A DNA stretch of 64,000 nt from Selaginella moellendorffii (Eukaryota; Plantae; Lycopodiophyta): contig NW_003314268.1 in assembly GCF_000143415.4 (NCBI RefSeq), forward strand, positions 3,542,559 to 3,606,558, written 5' to 3'. This document shows, in pieces, positions 13,515 to 26,300 of this stretch (position 1 is its first letter; each line of letters opens with the position of its first letter). Both the position numbers and the translations under genes were made by a program. The notes under the pieces are model-generated. The model made no database searches. It saw only the letters and a program-made list of their open reading frames with translations, and was not told where the DNA came from.

Positions 13515-13619
13515 CTAAAATAGGATTGGAGGATTCGACTGCCTAATGACAGGTAGTAGCTTTGTTGTAGAGGAGTGATGAAAAGGTAAATGTTTTATTT
13601 TATATATCTTCCTAGACAG

Positions 13620-14035
13620 AGCAAAAGAAGGAAGCTTAGGCAAAATAGAGTTACACCTAAGCTTAGGCATCCAAAGAAGAAAGACCCAACCTAAGCAACA
13701 CTTGTTATAGACAAATATGAAGCAATTAAGAATGATTATAAAATCATATAGCATATAAATAACATTTAAACGTGCTAGAAATTAACCCCCACTCACTGTT
13801 GTATACATTTGAATTGAATTAACCATTTTTTTCCCACTTATGACTGTTTATGCAAAGTAGAGTTGAAAAAGTGACATATGCTTATCTTTACTCACGCTTT
13901 AAGAGTTTGAGGGTGAGTTCTCTTCTATTCTTTCATTCTTTTTCTCTTCTTTATGTTCTTGTCTCTATTTGTTTATCACTATTTTTCAGGTAGGGGCAAG
14001 AATGCAAGTATAGGCAAAAAAAACTTTATTCATAT
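13620..14035 (+). repeat. Dispersed repeat, second copy of 8990-9392
   Basis: See the first copy. Confidence 0.85.
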
Positions 14036-14439
14036 TTTGTTGTCTTAAATTTCTGGATTGGTATCTTATCTTTTTTTGTTGTTTCTTGTTTACTTATTAT
14101 GTTCAAAATATTTAAAACAATATTCCATTTCATTTTTTGTGTTCTTTAGGGTTTTGACTATATGTGGAATAAGTTCTGGAAAACCTTTCTCTAGGAATGG
14201 CTAGAAGTTATCTTTGCATTTAGAAATTGTCAAAGATCAAGCAAAAGAAATTTATATAAGTTGTTCTCAAGTTTTGTTTTAGTGTGATCATTTTGGTTTT
14301 GTTTATGGATTGTTTTTAAAAATAAACTACATGTATATTGATGTTTTTGATGGGCAAGTTAAAAGTTTTTATGTTTGAGAAAGGGGGCTAAATGCTTCTC
14401 ATACACTAGTTTGTATTTAATTTTGACTAATATACTAGT

Positions 14440-14800
14440 CTACCATGAACACCATATATAAAGATAGTGCTTTCACATTTGTAAAGCATGAGCAATTGAA
14501 AGTAATTTTTGCTTATATATAGAATATTGTTATTTTGCATAATGTAATATCTGAATCTTATATGCAATAGGTTGTCCCTCTTATATGAGAATTCCCTCTA
14601 GTGCATAACCACTTGCATCACATATCATTTTGTAAAGTCTTGATGGATCAATAATATAAAGTATTGGAGCCTCACTCAATAATTATTTTAATGCTATAAA
14701 ACTATAATTTTGTGGCTTATTCCACTTTAATACCACATCCTTAAGCAATAAATGCATCAAAGGAATAACCATCTCCACAAATTTACACTAGAAATGCTAA
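14440..14800 (-). mobile_element. Degenerate Gypsy RT/RNase H remnant
   Basis: Minus strand reads DPSRLYKMICDASGYALEGILI*EGQPIAY, matching the Gypsy RNase H motif cDASg.algavL.QegrPIAy. Confidence 0.7.
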
Positions 14801-15539
14801 TAGTAATTAGTTAACTGTGTAACTTAGCCACTTCCCAAAAGATCACTTAGCTCAAAATATAAGGATGTTTATAACCAATTGAAAAGGGACCCCAATAGAA
14901 TGTCTCTTAAATTGGTTATTTACATTTATTTGGTTGTATAAATCCAAATTCAAGTAAATCCTTGATTTATTATTGAACTTCTTGCTCTTCCACATACTAT
15001 AATTTAAATGGATGCTAGTAGATTGGCCTCATCTCTGGCTCTAGCATAATCTTATATTCCACACCTCATAATAAAGGCAATTGTAAAACACAAATCTAAG
15101 TGAACATGAATAGACAAATGAGAAAATTTAATGAAGTATTCAAAAGCTAACTTTAACTCCTTTGGAAGATTAGATTGTTGATATTCCCAATTTAAGTATA
15201 GATGGCACTACCCACTTGAATACCTTTTATGGCTTATCAGAACTTTACTTTATCCCACCTTAGTAGTTAAAGGTGGGGGGAATACTTATAAGGCTTCTAT
15301 TGGATTCCAATATTTCAAAATATTATCCTAAAGTCCCTGATTATGGAAAGGAAGAAGAATGGTTATTTTTCTTAGTAATCAGGGGATAAAGTTACGTAGT
15401 GAGGAAGTTCCATAGGTTAATAGAACTTAGTGAATAGGCCTTAAGACCATGACTCAGTGGTGGTGTTGGTGAACATTGTTAAGATTGGAAAGGACTTTAT
15501 AAGGATCAAAGGGATATTAGAGAAGAATATGCCCTTGCT

Positions 15540-18500
15540 CCCTCGGACCACTAAAGTGTTTAAGGTTGAGCTTGGGCTAGCCATTTTAGACACTTTTGCA
15601 TTTTAGAGACCCAAGATTATTGGCCCCCCGGGTTGATGTAAAATTTAAGTTTGCCATTTTAGGCACTTTGGCAACCTATAGGGTTGAGGTTATTTAAATA
15701 ACTTTAGCTCTTTAGATTGTCGAAGTGCCCAAGGTTGAACTTAGGTTAACCATCTCAAGTACTTTAGCAGCCTAAGGGGCTAAGGTTATCCAAATAATCC
15801 TAGCCCACCAACCTGTAAAAGTGCTTGAGGTTGAGTTTAGACCAACTCATTGAATCTTTTATTATCTTTGTTTAGTTTGATTAACAAAATTCCTTCTTTT
15901 GTAGAAAACAAAAATAATACCACTTAAAAAGTTGTTGGAGCCAAGAAAACATGAGAAGTTGAATTTAACACTGATGAGAATATTACAATCAACATATTCA
16001 TCAAGACATCAATACAGATGTAATTGTTTAGAGATCTACCACTTTCACTATCATCACCACTGCCATTGCCACCATTGCCAACTTGATTAGAGAAATCCCT
16101 TTTTGCCATTTGCAACAGATGAACTTTGTGCCCACATCCAAGTATGTCAACTCGGAAATATATAATCTATTTAAACAAAATGGCCTCATAACAAATATCA
16201 GTATGTTTCTAAATATCTTTCTACAAGTCAAGAATAATAGAGATTGTTACCGTCACACTCTAGATTATGAATAGCTAGGATCCTACTTGGAGGAGGAAGA
16301 CCCTTGAACATGCTTATCAAACATTCTGAGACTTGACAGCTTAAGGGGATAATATTCTAAATTATTGATGGTAACCACTGATATAGGGTTTGGATGAAGT
16401 GTAATGATAATTATTTTTGCGATGATCTTGTCTACCATATCAACATTCTAGTTGGCCATGTTTATGTAAGGGGACTTTTGGATGTCAAAAAACTTATCTT
16501 GGCTTACCAAAAGATCAATGTGTAACTTTTATAATTTCACCTCCAACTCCACTTTAACTTGTTTTGTTATGTTTAAATGCAAGCTTAGGCAATTTACTAT
16601 TCAAAAATAGAATCTTGTCCATAATATCGAACAACTCTGTTTTTTGGCAGACTTGAGTGAGGATGATATCTACCAATATTATAATGATGATCTTAAAACA
16701 CTTATTCAGCATTCACACACTCGAAATGACAGTACAACATGGTTCAATAACCCAATTAATTTTATGCTCACCATATGGTGTAAGGTATGTCTTTCCCTTT
16801 CACTTTATAAAGACCTTTTTTTTATTGTTTTGGTTTCTAACCTTTGGTGAAGGTCAAGCAAGATGCTTATAAATTTGCATATCTGATGAAGAGTTGGGAA
16901 GAACTTTTGACTGAGCTCGTACAAATTGAGCATAAATTTAACATGCACAGTCTTTAAAGTTGAAGAAATTAGTATGCATTGCAGATAATCACAAGTCAAA
17001 GGAGTGGTTAGACACTATAGCCAAAAGTTTTGCTCATAAATATAAGTTTCTTATCACATGCTTCATTTTTCTCAATTACGTACATATTTATTTTGCAGTG
17101 AACAAAACTTCAAATGACATGATTTACAATATTGCAAAATTAAGGCTTCTATACAAGAAATAGATATAGACTCTAGAGTTCATCAATATCTACTTGATGA
17201 GCAAAGAGAAAAGATTGCCAAAAGTATTTAAGAACATGATGAGAAAGGCTGTCTACATCACACAAATTATAAGTGAGAAGTTCTTAGCACCGCACATTGG
17301 TGATAATTGTAAGCTCCTGAGTTTGGACTTCCCCGGGAGGTCACCCAGCCCAGTACTATTCAAACCCAATGACGCTTAACTCCAAATATCCCAAGACCCT
17401 TAACCGTTTGAAAAAGGGGGTGCACTCTTGTTCATGGGCCCTTTCCCTCTATATTTGAACCCCATAGACCGTCTCTCAAGTCGTTCCCTTTGGTTGCTTA
17501 CAATAATCTAAATGGTACATTCATGTCTTTCAACACCTATATCAACACATTATTAGAAGGGATTGAAGAGGGGTTGCCAGAGAAGTTTATAAGCACGACA
17601 ACTTATGATTGCCAACATAGTTAACGTTATTTCATGTGATATGCAACTTACAAATATAACATGATTTCTAAGATCTTCCTAAATATATATTGTTTACAAG
17701 TATCTTCAATATAGAGATATGCCATTTGAGGCACCAATTTGCACTCAACTTGGTGTAAAGGGTGTAAGGGATAAAGGAATATATCTAATAATATTTGCGA
17801 GAGTTAAAAAGGCACAGAAGATAGAATGCTTTTGGGAGTTGAAGCTCCTAGAGAAGAAGACCCTTACACTAGACCAAAAGAAAGTTGTTAATGCTAGTAA
17901 TAATGGCAATGTAAATAACAATGGATAGAAGGATGAGGAAGCTTTGGATCAAGCTTATATTCCAAGGGGCATAGTCTCTCCAACATAGAAACTCATTCAG
18001 CCACCTAGGGTGGTTTGCTCCCTTTTATTGGTTTAGTTCTCGTTAAACCCATTAGAGACACCTTCTTTAACTCCATTCCACTACTCATTCTCGAGTAGTC
18101 CCCACTAGAAGGCTAGGATAGAGCTCTAATTCCACCATTAGATATCTAGAATCTAGATTAGGTTCCACTAGCAAATAATGATGATCAAGTGGTTCACAAA
18201 ATATTATATTAACCTTGAAGTAAACAAAAGTGACTTTTATAAACCAAAGGTGGTAATACATATTTCTTGCAATAATGATTGTTGGTAGTAATTTCATTCT
18301 AGCTTGACAAAATGCTTGTGATGAGGGGTTGAAGGAAGTCTTATCAACAACATTCTATATGACAGTAGTATATTATTCTTTACTTTTTTCATTCATTTAG
18401 CTCTTCTACATCTTTTATAGAAGACAACATGAACATGGATATACAATGCTAATTCAACCACACCTGACCATATGCATGATGCATTCCTTTTATCGTAAGC

Positions 18501-19370
18501 ACTTATGCTTGAAGCTGGCTATATCATCTTCATCCAATTAAATGTATGAGTTTATGATATGTGCAATACAAGTTCTTTTCAGACTTCCCTCATATGCCCT
18601 TTGTATCAATGCCAATAGGATCTATGATGTACCCAGAAGAGAAAGACTTGAAATGAAAAGGTGAGTAGGTATTTTATATTTTTATTTACTTTCTTATTTT
18701 CCAGGTTATAATGTGGATCTATTATGTTTTTTGTAGAAATATGTATGACAAGTGTGTGATAGCAACCATGGAGCATGCATTTTTTCTGGGTACGACAGTT
18801 CCATTGAGATCATACCCAGCCTTGTGGATAAGCAAATTTACAACACGTTTCTAAGGTACCAATTTTGAATTCTATTGGCATTTGAAGAAATGATGTTCTT
18901 CAATAGCAAATACTGACATTACCTCCAACTTTAAGGAGGTAAGTTATTTTATTAAGATTTCAATACATGTTTAGTTCTATTTTATAGATCATAATCACCT
19001 AGAGTTTCTAGAATTGGATGCTTTAGAAGTCTCCCTAACTATATAAAAGCCATGGCTTGACAAATGCAAGGTAAATCTTCTCCATAATACCAATATAGGA
19101 AGAGGTGTAAAAAGAATTAATATGTTCATGATGAGGCAAAAGAAAGCTAATTGCATCCTTATATGAAATGTAAAACTTGTTATATATCAAATATCAATGA
19201 TAGTGTTAGATGTTTGTGACAGGTGATAGTGTTAGTGTCAAATATTATAATTGCAAATTGTCATTCTCACGTACCACTATCACTCTATAGCACTTATGTG
19301 TTGCCATCTCATTTTTCAACATCATATAAATAATTATATGATAAATGATAACACCATTTATTTAGCAATT
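15540..19370 (+). pseudogene. Copy 1 of the decayed ParB-like + DNA amino-methyltransferase gene (inverted paralogue of 23220-27510)
   Basis: Reverse-complement homology to 23220-27510 throughout. IIDGNH(*=R)YRVWMKC at 16361-16402. Conserved GT/AG sites, e.g. donor gtgagt at 18661 and acceptor ccag|gttataatgtgg at about 18704. Both MTase signature motifs are deleted in this copy. Confidence 0.8.
17308..17502. mobile_element. 195-bp solo LTR (TRIM-like) with ATAAT target-site duplication
   Basis: Termini TGTAAGC...GCTTACA form a 7-bp inverted repeat, with ATAAT on both sides (17303-17307, 17503-17507). The paralogous copy at about 25241-25290 (minus strand) shows the empty site. Confidence 0.9.
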
Positions 19371-19639
19371 GTGGCAATGGTCAAGAAAACTATTCAAGCC
19401 CATAAAAATGAATTTCTGACCCAAGACAAAAAGGCATATTAAACATCTTAGAATTAAACTCTCAATGTTTTCACTGGTTCCTATTAAACTAAAATGACTA
19501 TTGTGTTGATTTAAAGGCCGCTAAGAGAGCCTACATATTTTCTTTGAATCATTCCTAAATTGAATAATACACTTCTAATACCTTGTTTGTTGTAATTGTT
19601 ATAGTGGATATTCTACTCTAGAATAAGATATGTTACCTC

Positions 19640-21420
19640 ATAGAGCCATTTGTCTTATCCAAAAAAAAATAGTATATTAGACATTGAATATAATAACATT
19701 CTATACTTTCAAGGCATCCTGCTATATCAAGAACAAGATCTTGCAAAAACATGTGATATTGCTCTTTGAAATATTGAAGGCAATCCCTTTCTAATAAGAA
19801 GATTTAAAATTTCATATATAGGGAGCTCTAGTTTAGCTTCACTAGAGCCCCCAATAGAAAAAGGAGGGGATGGTCCAAAGTTGAGTTGAGCTCACGAGTT
19901 AAACTTAATTTAACACAAGTTAACTCAAGTCAATATAGTCAACTAAAAGTCTTACAAAGGAAATCTAAATTGAACAAATGAAGGTTCTAACAAACTTCAA
20001 AATATTTAAATACGTAAATATCTAAGTTAAAAGTTTCTATAAGATTGAATTGAAAAAGACAAAGTTCATGAGAATCTATTGTTAATGAAGTTATATTATT
20101 TTATTATGACTATTGTTACAGTTTTTATATTTTTATTTGACTACTTAATATTTTGAATACTTTTACAGCTATAGATACTATTCCTTCATTCGAAAGATTT
20201 TTTAGGGTTCTTGAGAAGATGGGAAGCAAGGAAAATACAAATTTGTGAGTAAGAGTTGTAATGCAAAGGAATGTGAGAATATTAATTTTGTTTCACTATC
20301 AGAATCTCTATATTACACTCTTGGTCTTTATTACCCATTTGGGAATGTGAAGACCGCTATCATGATTGATAAAAATGCTCTTGTTACTTCTAAAACAACA
20401 GTCCAAAATAAGAGAAATGAAAAATGAACAGCACAGTGGAAAGCACCAAGAAATCTACTCCATAAAACTTTCCATGACATTTATAATTTACATATTGATT
20501 CATATAAAAAACTTTGTTACCTGCCTATATCGCAATCCTCTTATATGATATGACCAAGGTATATTTTTAAGGTGAATCCTTATTAAAAGTTTTTGGGAGT
20601 TGTTTGTGAATAATAAAAGAAATCGAAATCTTTTGAAAAACTCAAAAATAATATCACATCAAAGAATCAACTTTATCTACATTTCCAAGACTGAAAGGCA
20701 ATCTCACACAAGAGAATAGTAGTGTGCCACCGTGCTCTACCACTATAATGTGGTCTATATTTCTTTGCAGTCTATTTCCCTAAATATTTGGTATGTTTAG
20801 AAAAGAATATATGTGTAGTAAAGTAGAATTTCATCATAATGATAAACTATATGTATACACAATAATCTAAAATTGTAGAAGCTCTTATATTTACAAGCAA
20901 GCTATGATTATGAAGCCTCATTTCCAAAATTAACATTTAAAGAATCTAAGTATTGTCAGTGTCATAATAAATAAAACTCATTCCCAAGACTACAACTTAG
21001 TATATAAACTATCTAGAAAAGTTATAGTCATTATAGTTTTTTTTTTTTCCTTGAGTTCCTTGAAAGTTTGTATTGAAATAGCTCAAAGGAAAGTCACTGC
21101 TACTCATACTTAGCCCCCCAGCATTTCATATCAACCTCCACCTCTATCCTCAAGTTCTACTAACATTCCACCTTCACCTTCACATAACAATCATTTTTCT
21201 ACTAAGGGCTTTAGTGAAGTTGAAGTAGAGCTCCTTATATATGAAATTCTGGGTCTTGCTACTAGAGAGGGATTACCTCCAGTGCTTCAAGAGAAATGCC
21301 ACATGTTTTTGCAAGATCTTGCTCCTAAAATGGCAAGACTACTTGAAAGCACAAAATAGTATTACATTTGGTGTCTAATATGCTATTTTTTCTTGGATAA
21401 GACAAATGGCTCTATAGGTT
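19640..21420. repeat. Segment bounded by inverted repeats of about 220 bp (19640-19860 / 21200-21420); interior 19868-21200 is an inverted copy of 39100-40286
   Basis: tagagccatttgtcttatccaa...caagatcttgcaaaaacatgtg pairs with cacatgtttttgcaagatcttg...ttggataagacaaatggctcta. The interior tggtccaaagttgagttgag matches the reverse complement at about 40264-40283. Confidence 0.8.
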
Positions 21421-21539
21421 TACAAACTTTTCTTGAACATTGTAGCAATTTCTCAATGGTAGGTCTGGAAAATGTGCACATGTGGATGTACAATAGATTC
21501 AAGAATGAGTTATGGATACATACCCACTATCATTTCATG

Positions 21540-23056
21540 TGTAAGCGACTAAATGTTCCATTCTACTTTAGTCCCGTAACCACACCTCTGCCCACTTGGA
21601 GGAGTCTCATTCACAACCTCCATAAGTCCAATTCAGGACTTGGGACTTGCTAGCCCCAAGAGTGGCATCCATGCCACTCCACCCTTGCACCTGGTCCAAG
21701 TGCTCCACGTGTCTGATCCCATGACTGACACTCAAAGGTACCACCAACATAGCAGCCTGTTACGCTAAGGCCATGCCCAATCACCTTTGCCGCACCAGTA
21801 GTCCAATACCACTTGCAACACAGTCTTGTCTCTCCAAGACTGAGCCAACCATCCGTGAGTGGTCATCCCAGATCCACTTCTTAGCATCCTTAGGATGCCC
21901 ACCGACAAGGGGAACAGCCTTCCCCAATATCCCTCTGTCTATCCTCACGAAGTCCCTTTCTGCCCTTGGCCGTGTTAGCCAACACTGCCACTGGATCGAG
22001 GCCCACAAGCCTGACCACTAAGTCCCATGGTCCTCTGGGACTTCCTCACCACGTGACTGTATCCTTGGCCACCACACCAAAGGATTGCTCCTTGTCCTTT
22101 CCACAGCCTGGGACTTTGGGACAACACTTCGGAACACCGTGGCATTACGCGAGCCACCTGGGTACTCTCCCTGCCTTCCGCCATTGGGTGCTCTAGCCAT
22201 GGGCTTAGAGTGAGGTTCCGTTGAGCCACGCCTGGTATCCAAGTAGGTAGTGCCACCCACACTTGGATTGGGAGCATCGGCCAGTCAATCTCCCAGGGGA
22301 ACTAGAGCCGGCTCTTGAACACTTCACCAAGCTACCCCGCTTATCGGTCCGTATTCACTTTAGTCTTGGACTTCCTAGTGGTCAGTTCATCACCCAACAC
22401 TGGGTCTGGCCTTCCTGGGCCAAACTGGCCTTTCCTGGCCAAACTGGCTCCTTTGCAGTCCTCCCCCTTACTATACTTTTGGAGCTCACCAAACCCCCCA
22501 GGGTTTGGGAGACGAATGCTTTGGGCTTTCACCCTCTCAGACTCGAACTTGGACTCGGACTCGGACTCAGACTCGGACTCGGACTCGGACTTGGACTCGG
22601 TCTCGGCCTCCGCCTCGGTCTCGGTCTCGGTCCCGGTCCTGGTCTCGGTCTCGGTCTCGGTCTCGGTCCCGGTCTCGGTCTCGACCTCGGACTCCATCTC
22701 AGGTCCTTCTCGGACTCCATCTCGGATTCTATCTCGGGTCCATCTCGGACTCCATCTCGGACTCCATCTCGGTCCATCTCGGACTCCATCTCGGACTCCA
22801 CCTCAGACTCCACCTCGGGCTCCATCTCGGACTCCGTCTTGTGTTGGTCCTTTTGGGTCCCTTTTTGGAGCCTCGCTTATTGCTCACTTCGTGCTTATTC
22901 CTCGAGCACTTTGTTGGGAGTTCCACTCCCACTCTCGACCTTTCAAGTCGGAGTTTTTAGTCCAAACGTGTTATGCTTGTTTGGCTTTTGCTTTGGCCAC
23001 TACCACGTGGCACCCTTCCGGCTCCACTTTGGGGCCTAGGGATTTTGTGTCTCACA
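21540..23056. mobile_element. Solo LTR (family B, 1517 bp) with TCATG target-site duplication
   Basis: Termini TGTAAG...CTCACA, with TCATG at 21535-21539 and 23057-23061. GC-rich relative to its flanks. An older homolog lies at 41860-42795. Confidence 0.9.
22539..22836 (+). repeat. Hexamer/dodecamer tandem array (ACTCGG, GTCTCG, ACTCCATCTCGG) inside the family-B LTR
   Basis: Visible periodic repeats, which also produce the spurious DS/ET/RS-repeat ORFs. Confidence 0.95.
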
Positions 23057-23399
23057 TCATGGTGATGAACAACATCCTCTTGGGAAACCCTACATCGGCT
23101 AGTGCAAAATATAGGGTTTTTAGGCCACCCTATAATGGAATGTAAGATTTACTATACTATAGTATTGTCACTTTTAAAAGAAAAATATAATAAAATGGTA
23201 TTAATTGTAGATAACATAGTTTGTTCTAGAAGGTGCTATTATATCACATATAATTGTTTACAAGATGTTAGAGGAGATGGCTATACACAAGTGCTACAAA
23301 GGTGAGAATGATAATTTATAAATATGATATCTAACACTAACACTAACATTTGACACTTTCACTAACATCTGATACATAACAAGTTTTTTAGTTTATATA

Positions 23400-26300
23400 A
23401 GGATACAATTAACTTTCTTCTACCCCATCATCAACATATTGATTTCTTTTATGCTTCCTCCTATATTGGTATTGTAGGGAAGATTCATCTTGTATATGTT
23501 GAGCCATGGCTTCTGTATAGTCAGAAAGACTTCTAAAGCCTCCAATTCTAGAAACTTCAAATGATTGTGATTTATAAAATAGAATTAAACATGTATTAAA
23601 ATTTTAATAAACATAATTTACTTCCTTGAGGTTGGAGGCAACTCACGAAATCCTCTGAGCTAGCATTTGAAGAAATAATGTTCTTCAATAGCAAACACCA
23701 ACCTACCAGAGTTACGTGCTGCCTCCACCATAGAATTGCTACCTGCTATGCAATCAATCACAACACCATCTGGTGGGCAATAGAGCTTAAGCAAGACTTG
23801 CATCGCTAATGGAGTTCAAAATTGGTACCCTGGAAATGTGTTGTGGATCTGCTTATCCACAAAGTTGGGTATGATGTTAGTGGAACTGTCATACCTAGGC
23901 AAAACATGTGCTACAAGTTCGCTATCATAAAACCCATCATATGTGTTTCTGCAGAAGGCATGATAGGTCCACATTATAGCTTGAAAAATAAAAAAGTTTA
24001 GAAATTAGATAAAAATATAAAATACATACTCACCTTTTTAGGCTTCCCTTGGATGCCCCTCATATCGACACCAATAGGATCCATGATGCACCCGGAAGAG
24101 AATGACTTAAAATGAACTATTGCACACATCATAAGTTTATACATCTAGTTAGGGTCGTTCAATAGGATGAGGACAACATGGCCAGCTTCAAGCATAAGTG
24201 CTTCAGACAAGAGGAATGCATCATGCATGTGGTCAGGTGTGAGAAAGTTCCAATCCTCAACTTTTCCATCAATATCTGAAAGACTGTCTAGAAAATCGAA
24301 GAGAATGAAGTCTGCAACTAAGAGCAAGGGCCTTTTGTATCTTTTGGCACCACTGGTTGAATTAGCACCATATATCCATGTTGATGTCATCTTCTATAAA
24401 AGATGTCAAAAATCTACTGTAAAATCCAATGAAAACACCCACAATGCCTCGTTATGTTATTGGGGAAACAGGATGGATCTATAGAAGAGGTAAGTGAATG
24501 AAAAAAACAATGAATAATATGCTACCGTCATATGGTATATTGTTGATGAGAGTTCTTCTAACTCCTCTTCAAGAGCATTTTGTTGAGCTGGAATGAAATT
24601 ACTACCAATAGTCATTGCTGTAAAAAATATGTATTACCATCTTTAGTTTGTAAATTTCACTTTTGCTTACCTCAAGGTTGACATGATATTCTATAAACCA
24701 CTTGATCATCATTATTTACTGATGGAACCGGTTGTTTGATGGTTGAATTGAAGCCTGATCCTGGCTATCTGGTGGTGGAATGCGAACGTGATCTGGAGCT
24801 TCCTCATCCTCGTCTCCATTGTCACTTGCATTGCTATTGTTGCCAGCATTGACAATTTCCTCTTGGTCTAATGTAGAGGTTTCCTTCCCTAGAAGCTTTA
24901 ATTCCTCCAATGCTCCAATGCTCCAACTCCCAAGGGCATTCTATCTTCCGTGCCTTTGAAGCTCTTATAAACATTGTTGTGTACCTTCCTCCATCCCTTA
25001 CACCCTTTGCAACAAGTTGAGTGTAAACTGATGCCTCAAATGGCATGCCTCTATATCAAAAATACTTGTAAACAATATATATTTAAAAAAAGTCTTAGAA
25101 ATTATATTATATCTGTAAGCTATACGTTGTATGAAATAAGGCTAATCATGTTGGCAATCATAAATTGTGCTTGTAGACTTCTCTGGTAGCCACCCCTCTT
25201 CGATCCCTTTCAATAATGTGTTGATGTAGGTGTTGAAAGACATGAATGTGCCATCTGGATCATCACTAATGTGTGGTGCTAAGAACTTCTCACCTTCACT
25301 TATAGTTTGTATAATATAGACAACCCTTCTCAACATGTTCTCAAATAGTTCTGGTAGTCCTTTCTTTTTATTCATCAAGCAAACATTAAAGAACTTTAAA
25401 GTCTATCTATTGCTTATATGGAAGCTTTGATTTTGAGATATTATAAATCATGTCATCTGGAGTTTTGTTCACTACAAAAGTAATATATGCATAATTGAGA
25501 AAAATGAAGTGTGATAAGAAACTTATATTCATAAAAAGAAATTTTAGCTATAGTTTCTAGCCACTTCTTCGGCTTACGATTGTTTGCAATGCATACTAGT
25601 TTCTCTAAATTTGAAGACTTTGCATGTTAAATTTTGTGCTCAATTTGTACGAACTCAGCCGAGAGCTCTTCCCGACTCTTCTCTGAATATGCAAGTTCAT
25701 AAACATCTTGCTTGACCTTCACCAAAGGCTAAAAACCAAAACAATAAAAAGAGGCCCTTATAAAATGAAAGGGAAAGACATACCTTGCAACACACAATGA
25801 GCATAAAATTGATTGGGTTGTTGAATTAAGTTGTACTATCATTTCGAGTGCATAAGTGCTAAACAAGTGTTGCGAGATCATCACCATAATGTTGGCAAAT
25901 GTCATCGTCACTCAAGTCTGCCAAAAATCAAAGTTGCTTGATATCATTGACAAGGTTTTGCTTTTATACAACGAACTGCCCAAGCCTGTATTTAAACACA
26001 ACAAAACAAGTTAAAGTGGAGTTGGAGGTAAAATTATAAAACTTACGCATTGATCTTTTGGCAGGCCAAGATAAGTCTATTGGCATCCAAAGGTCCCCTT
26101 GCATAGATATAGTTGACTAGAACATTGATATGGTAAATGGGATCATCGTGAAAATGATTGTTGATACACTTCATCCAAGCCCCATATCGGTGGTTACTAT
26201 CAATAATTTGGAACATTGTCCTCGCAAGCTATCGAGTCACAAGATGTTTAATAAACATGTTATCAAATTCCAAGGACTTCCTCCTCTAAATAGGATCTCA

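Noticed and set aside
22263-23145. ORFs with SD/LG/ET/RS dipeptide repeats resembling adhesins or SR proteins
   Set aside because: They arise from a hexamer array inside a TSD-flanked solo LTR and are open in nearly all frames.
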